Notes: a model not told the origin generated them from the letters alone. DNA of 64,000 nt from Cryptosporangium sp. NPDC048952 (GCF_043197895.1 NZ_JBICTY010000010.1:829-64828), one strand, 5' to 3'. Positions 39,458 to 49,715 are shown, numbered from the stretch's first letter. Program-made: numbers and translations.

Positions 39458-40366
39458 ATGCCCCTCGCGCCGCTCTTCGCCGACCTCGGCAGCTTCGACC
39501 TGCTGCTCTCGGTCGCCCGGCTCGGCAGCGTCGGGCAGGCAGCGCGCGAACACGGCGTCTCCCAACCCGCGGTGAGCGCCCGCCTGCGTCAACTCGAACG
39601 CCGCCTCGGCATCGCGCTGCTCCACCGCACCCCGCGCGGCTCCACCCTCACCAGCGAGGGTGCGCTTGTCGCCGACTGGGCCCGCACCGCGATCGACGCC
39701 GCCGACGCGCTCGCGGCCGGTGTCGGCGCGCTCCGAGCCGCCCACGACAGCACGCTGCGCGTGGCTGCGAGCCAGACCGTCGCGGAGTACCTGTTCCCGC
39801 GCTGGCTCGTCTCGGTGCGAGCCGCCAACCCCTCGCTCGGCGTCACCCTGGACGCGATGAATTCCGCCGACGTCGCCCGGCGCGTTCTCGCCGGCGAGGT
39901 GGACCTCGGGTTCGTCGAGGGCCCGGACCTGCCGTCGGGCCTGCACGCCGAGACCGTGCACGACGACCGGCTCACGGTGATCGTCGCCCCGACCCACCCG
40001 TGGGCCCGCCGCGGTATACCGGTGAGCGAGTTGGCCGCGACGCCGCTCGTCGCCCGCGAGGCGAATTCCGGTACGCGCCGCGCACTGGAGAGCGCCCTGC
40101 ACGCGGCCGGCGTGACGTCGATCGCGCCGCCGCTGCTCGAGCTCTCCTCGACGACTGCGATCAAGTACGCGGTGGCGGCCGGGAGCGGCCCGGCGGTGCT
40201 CAGTTCGCTCGCGATCGCCGGTGAGCTGAGCAGCGGGGTGCTCGTCGAGGTGTCGGTGGAGTCCGATCCGCCGCTCCGGTTGCGTCGGGAGCTCCGTGCG
40301 GTGTGGCCCACCGGGCAACAACTGTCCGGTCCGGCGCGCGACCTGTACTCGATCGCTCGCAAATAA
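39458..40366 (+). CDS. LysR-family transcriptional regulator, divergent from the TDT transporter gene
   Basis: HTH LLLSVARLGSVGQAAREHGVSQPAVSARLRQLE; LysR substrate-binding C-domain. Confidence 0.8.
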   Translation: MPLAPLFADLGSFDLLLSVARLGSVGQAAREHGVSQPAVSARLRQLERRLGIALLHRTPRGSTLTSEGALVADWARTAIDAADALAAGVGALRAAHDSTLRVAASQTVAEYLFPRWLVSVRAANPSLGVTLDAMNSADVARRVLAGEVDLGFVEGPDLPSGLHAETVHDDRLTVIVAPTHPWARRGIPVSELAATPLVAREANSGTRRALESALHAAGVTSIAPPLLELSSTTAIKYAVAAGSGPAVLSSLAIAGELSSGVLVEVSVESDPPLRLRRELRAVWPTGQQLSGPARDLYSIARK

Positions 40367-40451
40367 CGTCCAGTGTGGATCGACTGTTGCTTCGGGACGG
40401 TCGAACGACAAGAATGTAAGACGCGTGTCGTTTCTGAAGTAGGGCGGGTGC

Positions 40452-40919
40452 TTGGGCGTGCTGGACTTCGGCTTCTCGTTAGCCATCGCTGCGGTTGCGG
40501 TGTTCCTCACGATCGCCCTGGTCACGACGCTCTTACCGATCGGTGCCGGCCTCGGCGGCGTCGCCGTCACGTTCCTCGGTCTCACCGGTGCACTGTCGGG
40601 TTACTCGGCCTGGCGCTGGGTGCGTTGGGTTCGTTCCCGCGTGGAGCGCATGCACTGGTCGGTCATCGCATCGCTCGGCGCCGCGGCCACCGCGTCCGAG
40701 CTCTACGGCATGACCCGCCTGGCCACCGACTCGCTCGTCGGGATGCCGCAGCAGCTCGCCGGCCTGGCCGGATTCAGCCTTCTCGCCGCGATCACGGTCG
40801 CGGTCACCGGTGTCGCGAGCCTGGGCCTCTACCAGCGCGCGATGACCGATCAGGCCCTCACCCGCTGGGCCGAGCGCCGCCTGAGCCGGCTCTCCGCCGG
40901 CGCCCTCACCGTCGCCTGA
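40452..40919 (+). CDS. Hypothetical membrane protein (4 TM)
   Basis: TTG start; hydrophobic segments only. Confidence 0.4.
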   Translation: MGVLDFGFSLAIAAVAVFLTIALVTTLLPIGAGLGGVAVTFLGLTGALSGYSAWRWVRWVRSRVERMHWSVIASLGAAATASELYGMTRLATDSLVGMPQQLAGLAGFSLLAAITVAVTGVASLGLYQRAMTDQALTRWAERRLSRLSAGALTVA

Positions 40920-41045
40920 TCAGCAGCACCTCGTCCACAGGGGAAGCTGCTTTCGGCGCGGGCTGTGGAGCAACGGGCGAGTGGGGGTTGGGCTCCTTAC
41001 GGTCGCTGACGACCACGTCGCGTCCGTTGATTGGAGCGCCGCCCC

Positions 41046-41714
41046 ATGCCCAAGAAATCGATCCGCCGGAAGCGGCGCCAGGCTCGTCGCGGCCGGCGTC
41101 GGCAGCAGACGCCCCGCGCGGCTGAGTCCGAGCGCACGGCCGCCGATCGCGCCCAGTTCCTCGCGGGCGTGGAGGCGTTCGCCCGCGCCCTCATCCGTGA
41201 GCGCGGCACGGCAGCCGACGACGACGAGGACGACTGGGACGAAGACGAGCACGACGAAGACGAAGACGAAGAGCCGCCGCAGGACTTCGAACCGGAAGCC
41301 CACCGCACGATCCTCGCGGCGATCCGCCGCATCGTCACCACCCACACACCCCAACCGGCCTACGACACCGTCCCGCACCTCACCCAGCGTGAACGCGACC
41401 CCCGCTACAACGTCTGCCCCGGCGACGGCGTGCTCATCGCCGAGATGGTGGCCGTGAGCATGCTGCTCGACCTGCGCTACAACGTCCGAGCCGACCCGGC
41501 CCCCGCCATCCACTGGATCACCGAGCGACTGGGCGCCGAACACGGCCGCCGCGCGCTCCGCGTCGCCGATCTGCTCGACCACCCCGATGCCCCGCCGTGG
41601 CAATCAATCCACCCTCCGCAACCCGGCGAAGAGCCCCTGCTCCCCGCGATGGTGCTCCTCCTCGCCGGCATCGGCGGCGCCGCGACACACCGACAACCGC
41701 TCCCACCAAACTAG
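41046..41714 (+). CDS. Hypothetical protein with highly basic N-terminus followed by an acidic D/E tract
   Basis: MPKKSIRRKRRQARRGRRRQQ ... DDDEDDWDEDEHDEDEDEE. Confidence 0.45.
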   Translation: MPKKSIRRKRRQARRGRRRQQTPRAAESERTAADRAQFLAGVEAFARALIRERGTAADDDEDDWDEDEHDEDEDEEPPQDFEPEAHRTILAAIRRIVTTHTPQPAYDTVPHLTQRERDPRYNVCPGDGVLIAEMVAVSMLLDLRYNVRADPAPAIHWITERLGAEHGRRALRVADLLDHPDAPPWQSIHPPQPGEEPLLPAMVLLLAGIGGAATHRQPLPPN

Positions 41715-41770
41715 ATCTTCATGATATTCATTTTCAGGTCCGGGCCAATCACCGACCGAGGAGTTCCCCC

Positions 41771-42724
41771 GTGAAGATCGCGTTCGTCGGAAAGGGAGGG
41801 AGCGGCAAGACGACGCTGAGCGCGCTGTTCATCCGTCATCTCGCAGCAGAGGGGCGGCCGGTACTCGCCTTCGACGCCGACATCAACCAGCACCTCGGCG
41901 CTGCACTCGGGCTACCGGAAGACGTCAACCTGGTCCCCCTGGGCCAGCACCTCGACGCACTCAAGGACTACCTGCGCGGCGACAACCCGCGGATCGCGTC
42001 GGCGGCGGAGATGATCAAGACGACGCCGCCGGGGAGCGGCTCCCGGCTCCTGCGCGTCAGCGACGACGAGCCGCTCTGGGAGCGGTACGGCCACCCGGCC
42101 GCCGGCGCGCGGCTGCTCGTCACCGGGCCGTTCGCCGAGTCCGATCTCGGCGTGGCCTGCTACCACAGCAAGGTCGGCGCGGTGGAGCTGCTGCTCAACC
42201 ACCTCGTCGACGGAGCGGACGAGTACGTCGTCGTCGACATGACGGCCGGCGCCGACGCGTTCGCCTCCGGACTGTTCACGCGGTTCGACCGCACGGTGCT
42301 GGTCGTCGAACCCACCCGTAAGAGCGTCAGCGTCTACCACCAGTACTGCGGTTACGCCGCCGAGCACGGCGTGGCGGTGTCGGTCGTCGGCAACAAGGTG
42401 CTCGACGACGGCGACGTCGCGTTCCTGCGCGAGCAGGTCGGCGACGACCTGGTCGGCTGCGTGGGGCTCTCCCCCGCGATTCGGGCGGCCGAGCGCGGGG
42501 AGCCGCTGCACCTGGACGACCTGGCGCCGTCGGACCGCTCGACGCTGGCCGCGGTCCGGGACGCACTCGACACGACGCCCCGCGACTGGCCCCGCTACAC
42601 CCGCCAGGCGGTCGACTTCCACCTGCGGAACGCGGCGACCTGGGGCGACGAGCGCACCGGCACCGACCTGGCCGCCCAGATCGATCCGGACTTCGTCCTG
42701 GGCCCGGACGCACTCATCCACTGA
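41771..42724 (+). CDS. CooC/MinD/ParA-family P-loop NTPase
   Basis: Deviant Walker A KIAFVGKGGSGKTT; Walker B YVVVDMTAG; RBS gaggag. Confidence 0.7.
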   Translation: MKIAFVGKGGSGKTTLSALFIRHLAAEGRPVLAFDADINQHLGAALGLPEDVNLVPLGQHLDALKDYLRGDNPRIASAAEMIKTTPPGSGSRLLRVSDDEPLWERYGHPAAGARLLVTGPFAESDLGVACYHSKVGAVELLLNHLVDGADEYVVVDMTAGADAFASGLFTRFDRTVLVVEPTRKSVSVYHQYCGYAAEHGVAVSVVGNKVLDDGDVAFLREQVGDDLVGCVGLSPAIRAAERGEPLHLDDLAPSDRSTLAAVRDALDTTPRDWPRYTRQAVDFHLRNAATWGDERTGTDLAAQIDPDFVLGPDALIH

Positions 42725-42739
42725 TCGAAGGAGAAGACC

Positions 42740-43132
42740 ATGTCCCTGAACGTTCCCACCGCCCTGCTCGAGCGTGCCGAGCACGGCGACATCAGCGACG
42801 CCGAGTTCGTCGACTGCGTCCGCGAGTCACTGCCCTACGCCTGGTCGACGATCACCCGCGTCATCGCCGACCTGGAGTCCGGCTCCGACGCGTTCGCCGA
42901 CGACTCCACGCCCCCGCCGAGCGAAGCCGAGCGCGGGCAGCTGCTGCGCGCCCTGGCCAGCGACGCGATCCGCGGCGGCCTCGAGCGTCACTTCGGGGTG
43001 GCCCTGGCGTTCCAGAACTGCCACCGGGTAGCGGCGTTCCGCCCGGCCGCCGTCGGCGGCCCGGAGCACCGCGCCTTCGTCTCCACCCGGGGCCAGCTGC
43101 TCAACCAGTCGCCGGAACTCCGCGACTGCTGA
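42740..43132 (+). CDS. Small conserved hypothetical protein co-transcribed with the CooC-like ATPase
   Basis: 15-nt gap, RBS aaggagaag; 130 aa acidic protein. Confidence 0.55.
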   Translation: MSLNVPTALLERAEHGDISDAEFVDCVRESLPYAWSTITRVIADLESGSDAFADDSTPPPSEAERGQLLRALASDAIRGGLERHFGVALAFQNCHRVAAFRPAAVGGPEHRAFVSTRGQLLNQSPELRDC

Positions 43133-44300
43133 CCCCACCCGGGCCGGCCGCCTCGAGCGGCCGGCTCTCCGGCTCCTGGCCGCGGATGCGCTGGTACAGC
43201 GCCAGGTACTCGTCCGCGGCGCGGGCCGGGGTGAATCTTCGCGCCGCCGATGCCGCACAGGCCTCCGGGCTCAACGTGTCGGCTCGGCGCCACGCCTCGG
43301 CGAACCCGTCCTCGTCGTCGGCGAGCAGCCCGGTGACGCCCAGCTCGATCAGCTCGGGCAGGCACCCCCGGCGCAGGCCGATCACCGGCGTACCGAGTGC
43401 CAGCGACTCCACCACGGCGGTGCCGCCGGGCTCCTCCCACTGCAGCGGGAACAGCATGGCGCACGCGGTGGCCACCAACTCGTCCCGCTCCGCACCGGCG
43501 ACGGTTCCGACCCAGCGCACCAGCTCGCCGTCCACGTGCGGAGCCACCTCCTCCACCCAGTACCGGACGTCCGGGTTGGACAACGCGTCATCCGAGGCCG
43601 CAGCCAGCTCCGCCGGGTTCCGGTACGCACCGATCGGGCCGGCCAGCACCAGCTTCTTCCCGAGCCGGTGCGCGACCCGCGCGGCCAGGTGCTGGCCCTT
43701 CAGCGCGCTGATCCGCCCCAGCACCACGCTGTGGTCACCCTTGAGCGGCCGGGGGCGCCGGTCGGCGTCCGTGGCGAGCGGCGTCGCGAGGTACACGTGC
43801 CCGACGCTGTGCGCGCGCAGCGCCGCCGGAGCCCGATCCATCTGCGACGCCGAGACCCCGTTGACGAACACCCGGCCACCGCCGTCGAAGCGGCCATAGA
43901 GGGCCGGGTGCTTGGCCAGGTCCCAGTGCAGCGTGTGCAGCACCGGCACGTGGGAGCCGGCCGCCAGCACCACCGGCCCCCACGCCTCCACGTTGTCGTG
44001 CACGACGTCGATCTCCGGACGCCGCCGCAGCTCCACCACCACCTGGTGCATGTGCGCGGCCGCGATCCCGGCTGCCCGGTTGTACGGCTGCTGCAGGTGG
44101 GCGAACTGCCCGTCGTCGAACGTCACGATCCGGTCTTCCACGTCGAGCGTGCTCGTGCCCACGGTCGCGAGCACGACGCGGACGCCGCGACGACGGAGTT
44201 CGGGCACCAGTGCCGCAACGACGTTTTCAATCCCGCCGTAACCGTTCGGCGGCACAGGTAACCAGGGACCCGCATTCATCAGAACGGTAAGCGTCGACAT
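43101..44300 (-). CDS. Family 4 glycosyltransferase (GT-B)
   Basis: GGIENVV N-terminus; E-x7-E region LFPLQWEEPGGTAVVESLALGTPVIG. Confidence 0.75.
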   Translation of the reverse strand: MSTLTVLMNAGPWLPVPPNGYGGIENVVAALVPELRRRGVRVVLATVGTSTLDVEDRIVTFDDGQFAHLQQPYNRAAGIAAAHMHQVVVELRRRPEIDVVHDNVEAWGPVVLAAGSHVPVLHTLHWDLAKHPALYGRFDGGGRVFVNGVSASQMDRAPAALRAHSVGHVYLATPLATDADRRPRPLKGDHSVVLGRISALKGQHLAARVAHRLGKKLVLAGPIGAYRNPAELAAASDDALSNPDVRYWVEEVAPHVDGELVRWVGTVAGAERDELVATACAMLFPLQWEEPGGTAVVESLALGTPVIGLRRGCLPELIELGVTGLLADDEDGFAEAWRRADTLSPEACAASAARRFTPARAADEYLALYQRIRGQEPESRPLEAAGPGGVSSRGVPATG

Positions 44301-44411
44301 CGATACCTCCCACGGCCACATGAACATCACCGGTTTTCAGCTGGATAAACCGGTCGCGTTTTGGCGGACCCGCAACGGGAACCGATCGCCCGAACCCACC
44401 CGGAGGACTCC

Positions 44412-45377
44412 ATGCGCGCAACGCGGTACCGCGTCGGTTTCGTCGGAGCCGGCGGCGTCGCCACCCGGCACGCCTCGGTTCTGGCCGAATTCCCGGACGT
44501 CGCCATCGTCGGCGTCGTCGATCCGAACCCCGATACGGCCCGGGCACTGTCCGAGAGCTACGGCGCGACCGTCGAGGAAAACGTCGACGACCTGCTCGCG
44601 CTGGAGCCCGACGCGGTCTACGTGTGCGTGCCCCCGTTCGCGCACGGCGCGGCCGAGACCACGGTGCTCGCCGCCGGTGTGCCGCTGTTCGTGGAGAAGC
44701 CGCTCGGCCTCGACGAGGAACTACCGACGCAACTCGCGGCGCGTGCCGTCGCGGCCGACATCGTGACCGGCGTGGGCTTCCACTGGCGCTATTCGGCCGC
44801 GGTGGCACGGGCGCGGGAGGCGCTCGAGGGCCACCGGGTGAGCCTCGTCGCCGGCGCCTGGCTCGACAAGGTGCCGCCGGTCGGGTGGTGGCCGCGGCGC
44901 GACGGCTCCGGCGGTCAGCTGATCGAACAGTCGGTGCACGTCGTCGATCTGGCTCGGGTTCTGGTCGGTGACGTGACCGAGGTCTACGCGGTCGCCGACG
45001 CCACTCCCCCGGACGTGCCCGACGCCGACGTCGACGGTTCCGCGGCGGCGACGCTGCGCTTCGCGTCGGGGGCGGTCGGAACGCTGTCGACGACGTGCCG
45101 CCTGGGCTGGAAGCACCGCGCCGCGCTGGAGGTGTACGCGGACGGGATCGCGGTGGCGATCTCGGAGGAGGGCTGCGAGGTGCGGACCGCCGACGGGCAC
45201 CAGTGGCACCCGGTGGACCCGATGGACGCCAAACGCGCTGTCGACCGCGCGTTCCTGGACGCCGTCGGAGGGGACCGGGACGGCTTACTCGTCGACTACC
45301 CCGACGCGCTCCGCAGCCACCAGTTGGCGTGCGCGCTGGCGCGGTCCGCGGCCGAGCGGCGGCCGATCGATGTCTGA
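44412..45377 (+). CDS. Gfo/Idh/MocA-family NAD(P)-dependent oxidoreductase
   Basis: Rossmann N-terminus YRVGFVGAGGVATRH ... VEKPLG. Confidence 0.75.
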   Translation: MRATRYRVGFVGAGGVATRHASVLAEFPDVAIVGVVDPNPDTARALSESYGATVEENVDDLLALEPDAVYVCVPPFAHGAAETTVLAAGVPLFVEKPLGLDEELPTQLAARAVAADIVTGVGFHWRYSAAVARAREALEGHRVSLVAGAWLDKVPPVGWWPRRDGSGGQLIEQSVHVVDLARVLVGDVTEVYAVADATPPDVPDADVDGSAAATLRFASGAVGTLSTTCRLGWKHRAALEVYADGIAVAISEEGCEVRTADGHQWHPVDPMDAKRAVDRAFLDAVGGDRDGLLVDYPDALRSHQLACALARSAAERRPIDV

Positions 45378-46422
45378 GCGCGCGCTGATCGTCGAGAAGC
45401 CCGGGCAGCCCACGATCCGCGAGGAGCCTCCGGCGGAGGGCACCCTGCGGATCAGGACCGAGTACAGCGGCCTCTCCGCCGGCACCGAACTGGCTGCCGT
45501 GAAGGGCACGACGCCGTTCGCCACGTCGGTCTGGGACGCCGAGCTCGGCCTGTTCCGGCCCGGCACCGCGACCGGCTACCCGATCGAGCGGCTCGGGTAC
45601 ATGGAGGTCGGCCGGGTCGTCGAGACCGGAGCGCTGGTAGCGATGGCCTACGGGCATCGCACCGGCTACACCGCGGACCCGCTCGTCGACCGGATCGTGC
45701 CGCTCCCGCCCGACCTCGATCCGGTGCTCGGCGTTTACGTGGCGCACGCCGGACCGATCTGCGCGAACGGACTGCTGCACGCCGCCGCCGATCTCTACGG
45801 CGAGGTCCGCACGCTCGGTGACGGTGTCCGCGGGCGGCGAGTGGTCGTCATCGGTGCGGGCATGGTCGGGCTGCTCACTGCTCTGTTCGCCCGGCGCTAC
45901 GGCGCCGCCTCCGTCGTCGTGGTGGATCCGACGCCCGCGCGGCGCTCCGTCGCGGAACGGCTGGGGCTCGAAACGCTCGATCCGGACGACGTCGACGTGG
46001 CGCCGGTGCTCAAGACGCGGTGGCGGCACGCTGCTGCCGACCACGGCGCGGACGTGGTGTTCCAGTGCCGGGGGCGCTCGGAGGCGCTGGCGCTCGCGCT
46101 GCGTGTGCTGCGGCCGCAGGGCACGGTGATCGATCTGGCGTTCTACCAGGGTGGCGCGGATGCCGTCCGGCTCGGTGAGGAGTTCCACCACAACGGGCTC
46201 ACCGTGCGGTGCGCGCAGATCGGGCGGGTGCCGCGTGGCACCGCGCACGCCTGGGACCGGGACCGGCTCTCGGGGGAGACGATCGATCTGCTCCGCGCCG
46301 ACGGCGCCGCGATCCGCGAACACCTGATCACCGACCTGATCCCGTTCGACGACGCCCCGGAGCACCTCCGAGCCCTGTCCGACCGCACCCGCTCGACCAT
46401 CCAGACCGTCTTCACCTTCTGA
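45370..46422 (+). CDS. Zinc-type medium-chain dehydrogenase/reductase (MDR) family protein
   Basis: VVVIGAGMVGLL Rossmann motif; 8-nt overlap with upstream gene. Confidence 0.65.
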   Translation: MSERALIVEKPGQPTIREEPPAEGTLRIRTEYSGLSAGTELAAVKGTTPFATSVWDAELGLFRPGTATGYPIERLGYMEVGRVVETGALVAMAYGHRTGYTADPLVDRIVPLPPDLDPVLGVYVAHAGPICANGLLHAAADLYGEVRTLGDGVRGRRVVVIGAGMVGLLTALFARRYGAASVVVVDPTPARRSVAERLGLETLDPDDVDVAPVLKTRWRHAAADHGADVVFQCRGRSEALALALRVLRPQGTVIDLAFYQGGADAVRLGEEFHHNGLTVRCAQIGRVPRGTAHAWDRDRLSGETIDLLRADGAAIREHLITDLIPFDDAPEHLRALSDRTRSTIQTVFTF

Positions 46423-46426
46423 CGAC

Positions 46427-47092
46427 TCAGGCAGCCACGAGCTCCGGGGCACGACCGTGGGCGAGGGCCCGTCGCTCGATCGGGGTGATAGCGCGGGAGC
46501 GGCGGTGGGAGCGGGCGACGAAGTACAGGACGGTGGTGGCCATGAACAGCTGCCACACGTTCGGCACCCAGACCGCCGCGTCCCCACGCAGCACCCCGTG
46601 CCCCAGCCACGCCAGCGTGCAGACCAACCCGAGCACACACGACACCGGTGAGAGCCCCGACACGTCCGGATTCCGCAGCAGCGACGCCAGCTGCGGAATG
46701 CCCGGCAGCACCGTTGCCAGCGCGGCGACCGTCCCCACCGCGGCGGGTCCTCCGACCTCGTTCAACCCCACCGCGACCAGCAGCACACCGGCCATGCCGA
46801 GCGCCCACCGCGGCGCGGTCCGACGCGCCGCCGGCGTGAGCCGGTAGACAGTCACCAGGATCAGGATGCCGATCGTGCTGTTCACCGCGTTGCAGACGAC
46901 CTGGATCGCCCCCGCGCCGGACAGCCCGTAGAACAGCCACAGCATGGAGTTCTGCAGGCTCAACCAGAGCCGCGCGGGCGGAATCCCGCTGACCTTCCCA
47001 CGCACGCAGCTGCGGTGTGCCTGCGGGAGGTTGAACCCGATCGCCAGGACCGTCGCGACCCAGCCCAGTACCCACGCTGCTTCCAGCCGCAT
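46427..47092 (-). CDS. Membrane protein with two PQ-loop repeats (SWEET / MtN3-like)
   Basis: Two LPQ motifs (GFNLPQAHRS and LPGIPQLASLLR), each at the start of a three-helix bundle. Confidence 0.5.
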   Translation of the reverse strand: MRLEAAWVLGWVATVLAIGFNLPQAHRSCVRGKVSGIPPARLWLSLQNSMLWLFYGLSGAGAIQVVCNAVNSTIGILILVTVYRLTPAARRTAPRWALGMAGVLLVAVGLNEVGGPAAVGTVAALATVLPGIPQLASLLRNPDVSGLSPVSCVLGLVCTLAWLGHGVLRGDAAVWVPNVWQLFMATTVLYFVARSHRRSRAITPIERRALAHGRAPELVAA

Positions 47093-47204
47093 GCTCCGAA
47101 CGCCCCCGCATCGAGTGAAATGCGGGCCCCCCGCCCGCAGACGCTCCTCGATTCGGCGTCGAAAGTTGCGGAATGAACGAACGGGCGCTCAGGCTCCCGA
47201 TCTG

Positions 47205-48470
47205 CTACCCGAGGAACGAGCGGGCGAGGTGGTACTTGCTGTCGCTGGCTCCGGAGCAGGAGTCCGAGCTCGCGTTGGCCTCGGCGCCGTCCGAGCAGGG
47301 CTGGTCCCGCGCGAGCTGCCAGAACGACGTCCACGCCGCGCCCCGCGAGCGGGCGAACGCGCTCAGCTGCGCCGCGTCGGAGGCGGTGAACACCTCGGTC
47401 GACGGCTCGTTGACGCCGATCAGCGTCGTGACCGCCACCCGGGACCACGCGGCCGACTCGGAGAGCCCGAACGCGCTCTTGACCTGCTTCTGCGTGCCCT
47501 TCATCGACTCGATCGCGTAGTAGCCCATCCGACCGTCGGGGTCGGGCGCCGCGGACTCGCCGAAGTCCATCGCCATCACGTTCACGGCGTGGATCGTGGC
47601 GCCGTTGCCGGCCGCGCTGTTGAGCAGGCTGACGCCGTCGCCGGTGAGGCCGGTCGGGTTCACCGGGAGCGTCACCGACACGTCCAGCGTCTTGCCGGCC
47701 GACGAGGCGGTCCGCTCGATGATCGCGATCGCCTGGGACCGCCGGTCGACCGACGCACTGTCGCTGAGCACCCCGCCCTCGACGTCGAAGTCGACCCGGG
47801 TGAGGTCGTACGCGTCGATCACGCTCTGGTAGGCGGCGGCCAGTTCCTCGGCCGACGAGCAGCTCGCCGCGAGCTCGGTGCCGGATTCCCCACCGAACGA
47901 GACCCGCACCTGGCCGCCGGCGGCCCGGTAGGCCGCCACCTTGCTCTTGACCGACGCGTCATCGACGCCCACCTGGCCGTCCCACGCGGGGGTGCAGCCG
48001 TTGCCGGAGATGATGAACGCCAGGTTCAGGTGCTTGATGCCGGCGTTGCGGACCTCTTTCAGGTCCGACTCCGAGTACTGCAGCACGTCGACGTAGGGCG
48101 AGAACTCGGTGCCGTTGGAGACCGGCTGCTTCGGCGTCGGCGAGACCTTCCCGCCGGCCGGCGGGAGGTGCGACCGACGCGCGCGGGGCCGCTTCGAATC
48201 GTGCGAGGGTGCCGGCTCGGCCGACGGGGTCTCCTCGTCCTCGCACTCCTCGGCGCTGCATCCCGCGGCGAGCGGCGAGCCGGTGTGGTGGATGGTCGGC
48301 CCGACCGCGGCGTAGGCACCGGCGGTCGTCATCACGAACGCGACGACGAGGCCGATCGAGATCAGGAGACGTCGAGGCGTTCGGCGACGGTGAGCACCCC
48401 CGGCACTCTTTCTCGAATGATGCACGGGGAACGCTGCTCCAGAGGTGGCGGTTGTTTCAGTCGTCAACAA
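47205..48470 (-). CDS. Secreted glycoside hydrolase family 18 chitinase
   Basis: Catalytic DxxDxDxE region RVDFDVEGG; NLAFII and GGESG GH18 motifs; signal anchor. Confidence 0.7.
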   Translation of the reverse strand: MLTTETTATSGAAFPVHHSRKSAGGAHRRRTPRRLLISIGLVVAFVMTTAGAYAAVGPTIHHTGSPLAAGCSAEECEDEETPSAEPAPSHDSKRPRARRSHLPPAGGKVSPTPKQPVSNGTEFSPYVDVLQYSESDLKEVRNAGIKHLNLAFIISGNGCTPAWDGQVGVDDASVKSKVAAYRAAGGQVRVSFGGESGTELAASCSSAEELAAAYQSVIDAYDLTRVDFDVEGGVLSDSASVDRRSQAIAIIERTASSAGKTLDVSVTLPVNPTGLTGDGVSLLNSAAGNGATIHAVNVMAMDFGESAAPDPDGRMGYYAIESMKGTQKQVKSAFGLSESAAWSRVAVTTLIGVNEPSTEVFTASDAAQLSAFARSRGAAWTSFWQLARDQPCSDGAEANASSDSCSGASDSKYHLARSFLG

Positions 48471-48607
48471 TATCGGTCCAGTACAACGATCCGTTACCGC
48501 CGACGACGGGACTTAAGGCAGCGTTAGGCTGCCATCCAGCCTGCTCACAGCCTTCGCGGCAGAACCGTGACGACGCCCACTCAGTCGCGACAGGACGGTC
48601 ACAGTAC

Positions 48608-48650
48608 GACGCCGGGTGACCGCCCCCCGTGGTGACGGTCGCCCGGCGTC
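48608..48650 (-). terminator. GC-rich hairpin (about 14-bp stem) just downstream of the lipoprotein gene
   Basis: gacgccgggtgaccg ... cggtcgcccggcgtc arms. Confidence 0.5.
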
Positions 48651-48675
48651 CGATCAGAAGATCGGGTCAGACAGA

Positions 48676-49503
48676 TCAGCCGTTGAGCAGCTGGACGACG
48701 TCGTCCGGCATCGGCGCGGTCTCCTCCGCCGGCGGCGCGGCGACCGGAGTGCCGGCGCCGTACTCGTACACCGACTTGTAGGTCTGTGCCTTCGTCGCAC
48801 CCGTCGCCGGGATCGAGAGCACGAACTCGGTCACCTTGCCGTCGACGACAGTGGCGGTGAACGGGATGGCCTTGGCCTTTTCACCCAGCGCCTTCACGAT
48901 CGCCGCCGAGACGATCTCCACGTTCGGCTGCTTGGTGTAGTCGATCGTGCCGCTGAACTTGCCCTCGGACGACTCGGTCACGTCGACGGTTGACGTGAAC
49001 AGCGCGCCCAGCCGGGCCGGGTCCTCGTCCTGGTCCTTGAAGCCGGTCGGCGTGTCGGGGGACTTGAGCACCGCCGGGTCGACCGGCATCCACTTGTCCG
49101 GGATCTCGGGCAGGCCGAGGTCCTGCTCGCTGTCGATCTTCATCTTGATCCACGACTTCTGGTCGACGATCCGGAACGCCGTCGTCAGCGTGTACTTCGG
49201 TTCGGCGCTGTTCATGACGGTCGTCAGCTCGTAGGCCTTGGCCGGCGGGTTGACCGCGCCGAACGCGTCGGTGGCCTCGCCCTCCGGCGCGCCCACCTGA
49301 GTGATCTTGTAGGTGAAGGGTTCGGTGCTCGTCGTCGGCGCGGCCGCGACCAGCTTCTGCTGCGGCGTCTGGACGGCCGTCTTCACGGACTCGGAGACGG
49401 TGTCCGCCGCACCGCAACCGGTGGTGGCCAGCACGGAGGCGGCGAGAGCCAGACCGGCTCCCAGCACACGGACTCGACGGCTGGTCTTCACTGCAGAACG
49501 CAT
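48676..49503 (-). CDS. Lipoprotein (Lpp/LprG-like fold possible)
   Basis: Signal peptide with lipobox LATTGC. Confidence 0.6.
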   Translation of the reverse strand: MRSAVKTSRRVRVLGAGLALAASVLATTGCGAADTVSESVKTAVQTPQQKLVAAAPTTSTEPFTYKITQVGAPEGEATDAFGAVNPPAKAYELTTVMNSAEPKYTLTTAFRIVDQKSWIKMKIDSEQDLGLPEIPDKWMPVDPAVLKSPDTPTGFKDQDEDPARLGALFTSTVDVTESSEGKFSGTIDYTKQPNVEIVSAAIVKALGEKAKAIPFTATVVDGKVTEFVLSIPATGATKAQTYKSVYEYGAGTPVAAPPAEETAPMPDDVVQLLNG

Positions 49504-49715
49504 GACTTCTCTACTTCCAATTCGAATGGGGCCGCGGTAACGCGGGGAGCCGTGTAAAGCAGGGGCCGCTGTGACGGCCGGGGTGCGAGTGGTCGCACTT
49601 CGGCAGCGTGTCGAGGCTCGCTGCCGAAGTGCTGCGGACCCGCTGCCGTTCACTGCCGAACGACTTCCCCACCTCGCTGACCTGCCCTTACCTAAAGGTC
49701 CGATAAGGAATTCCG

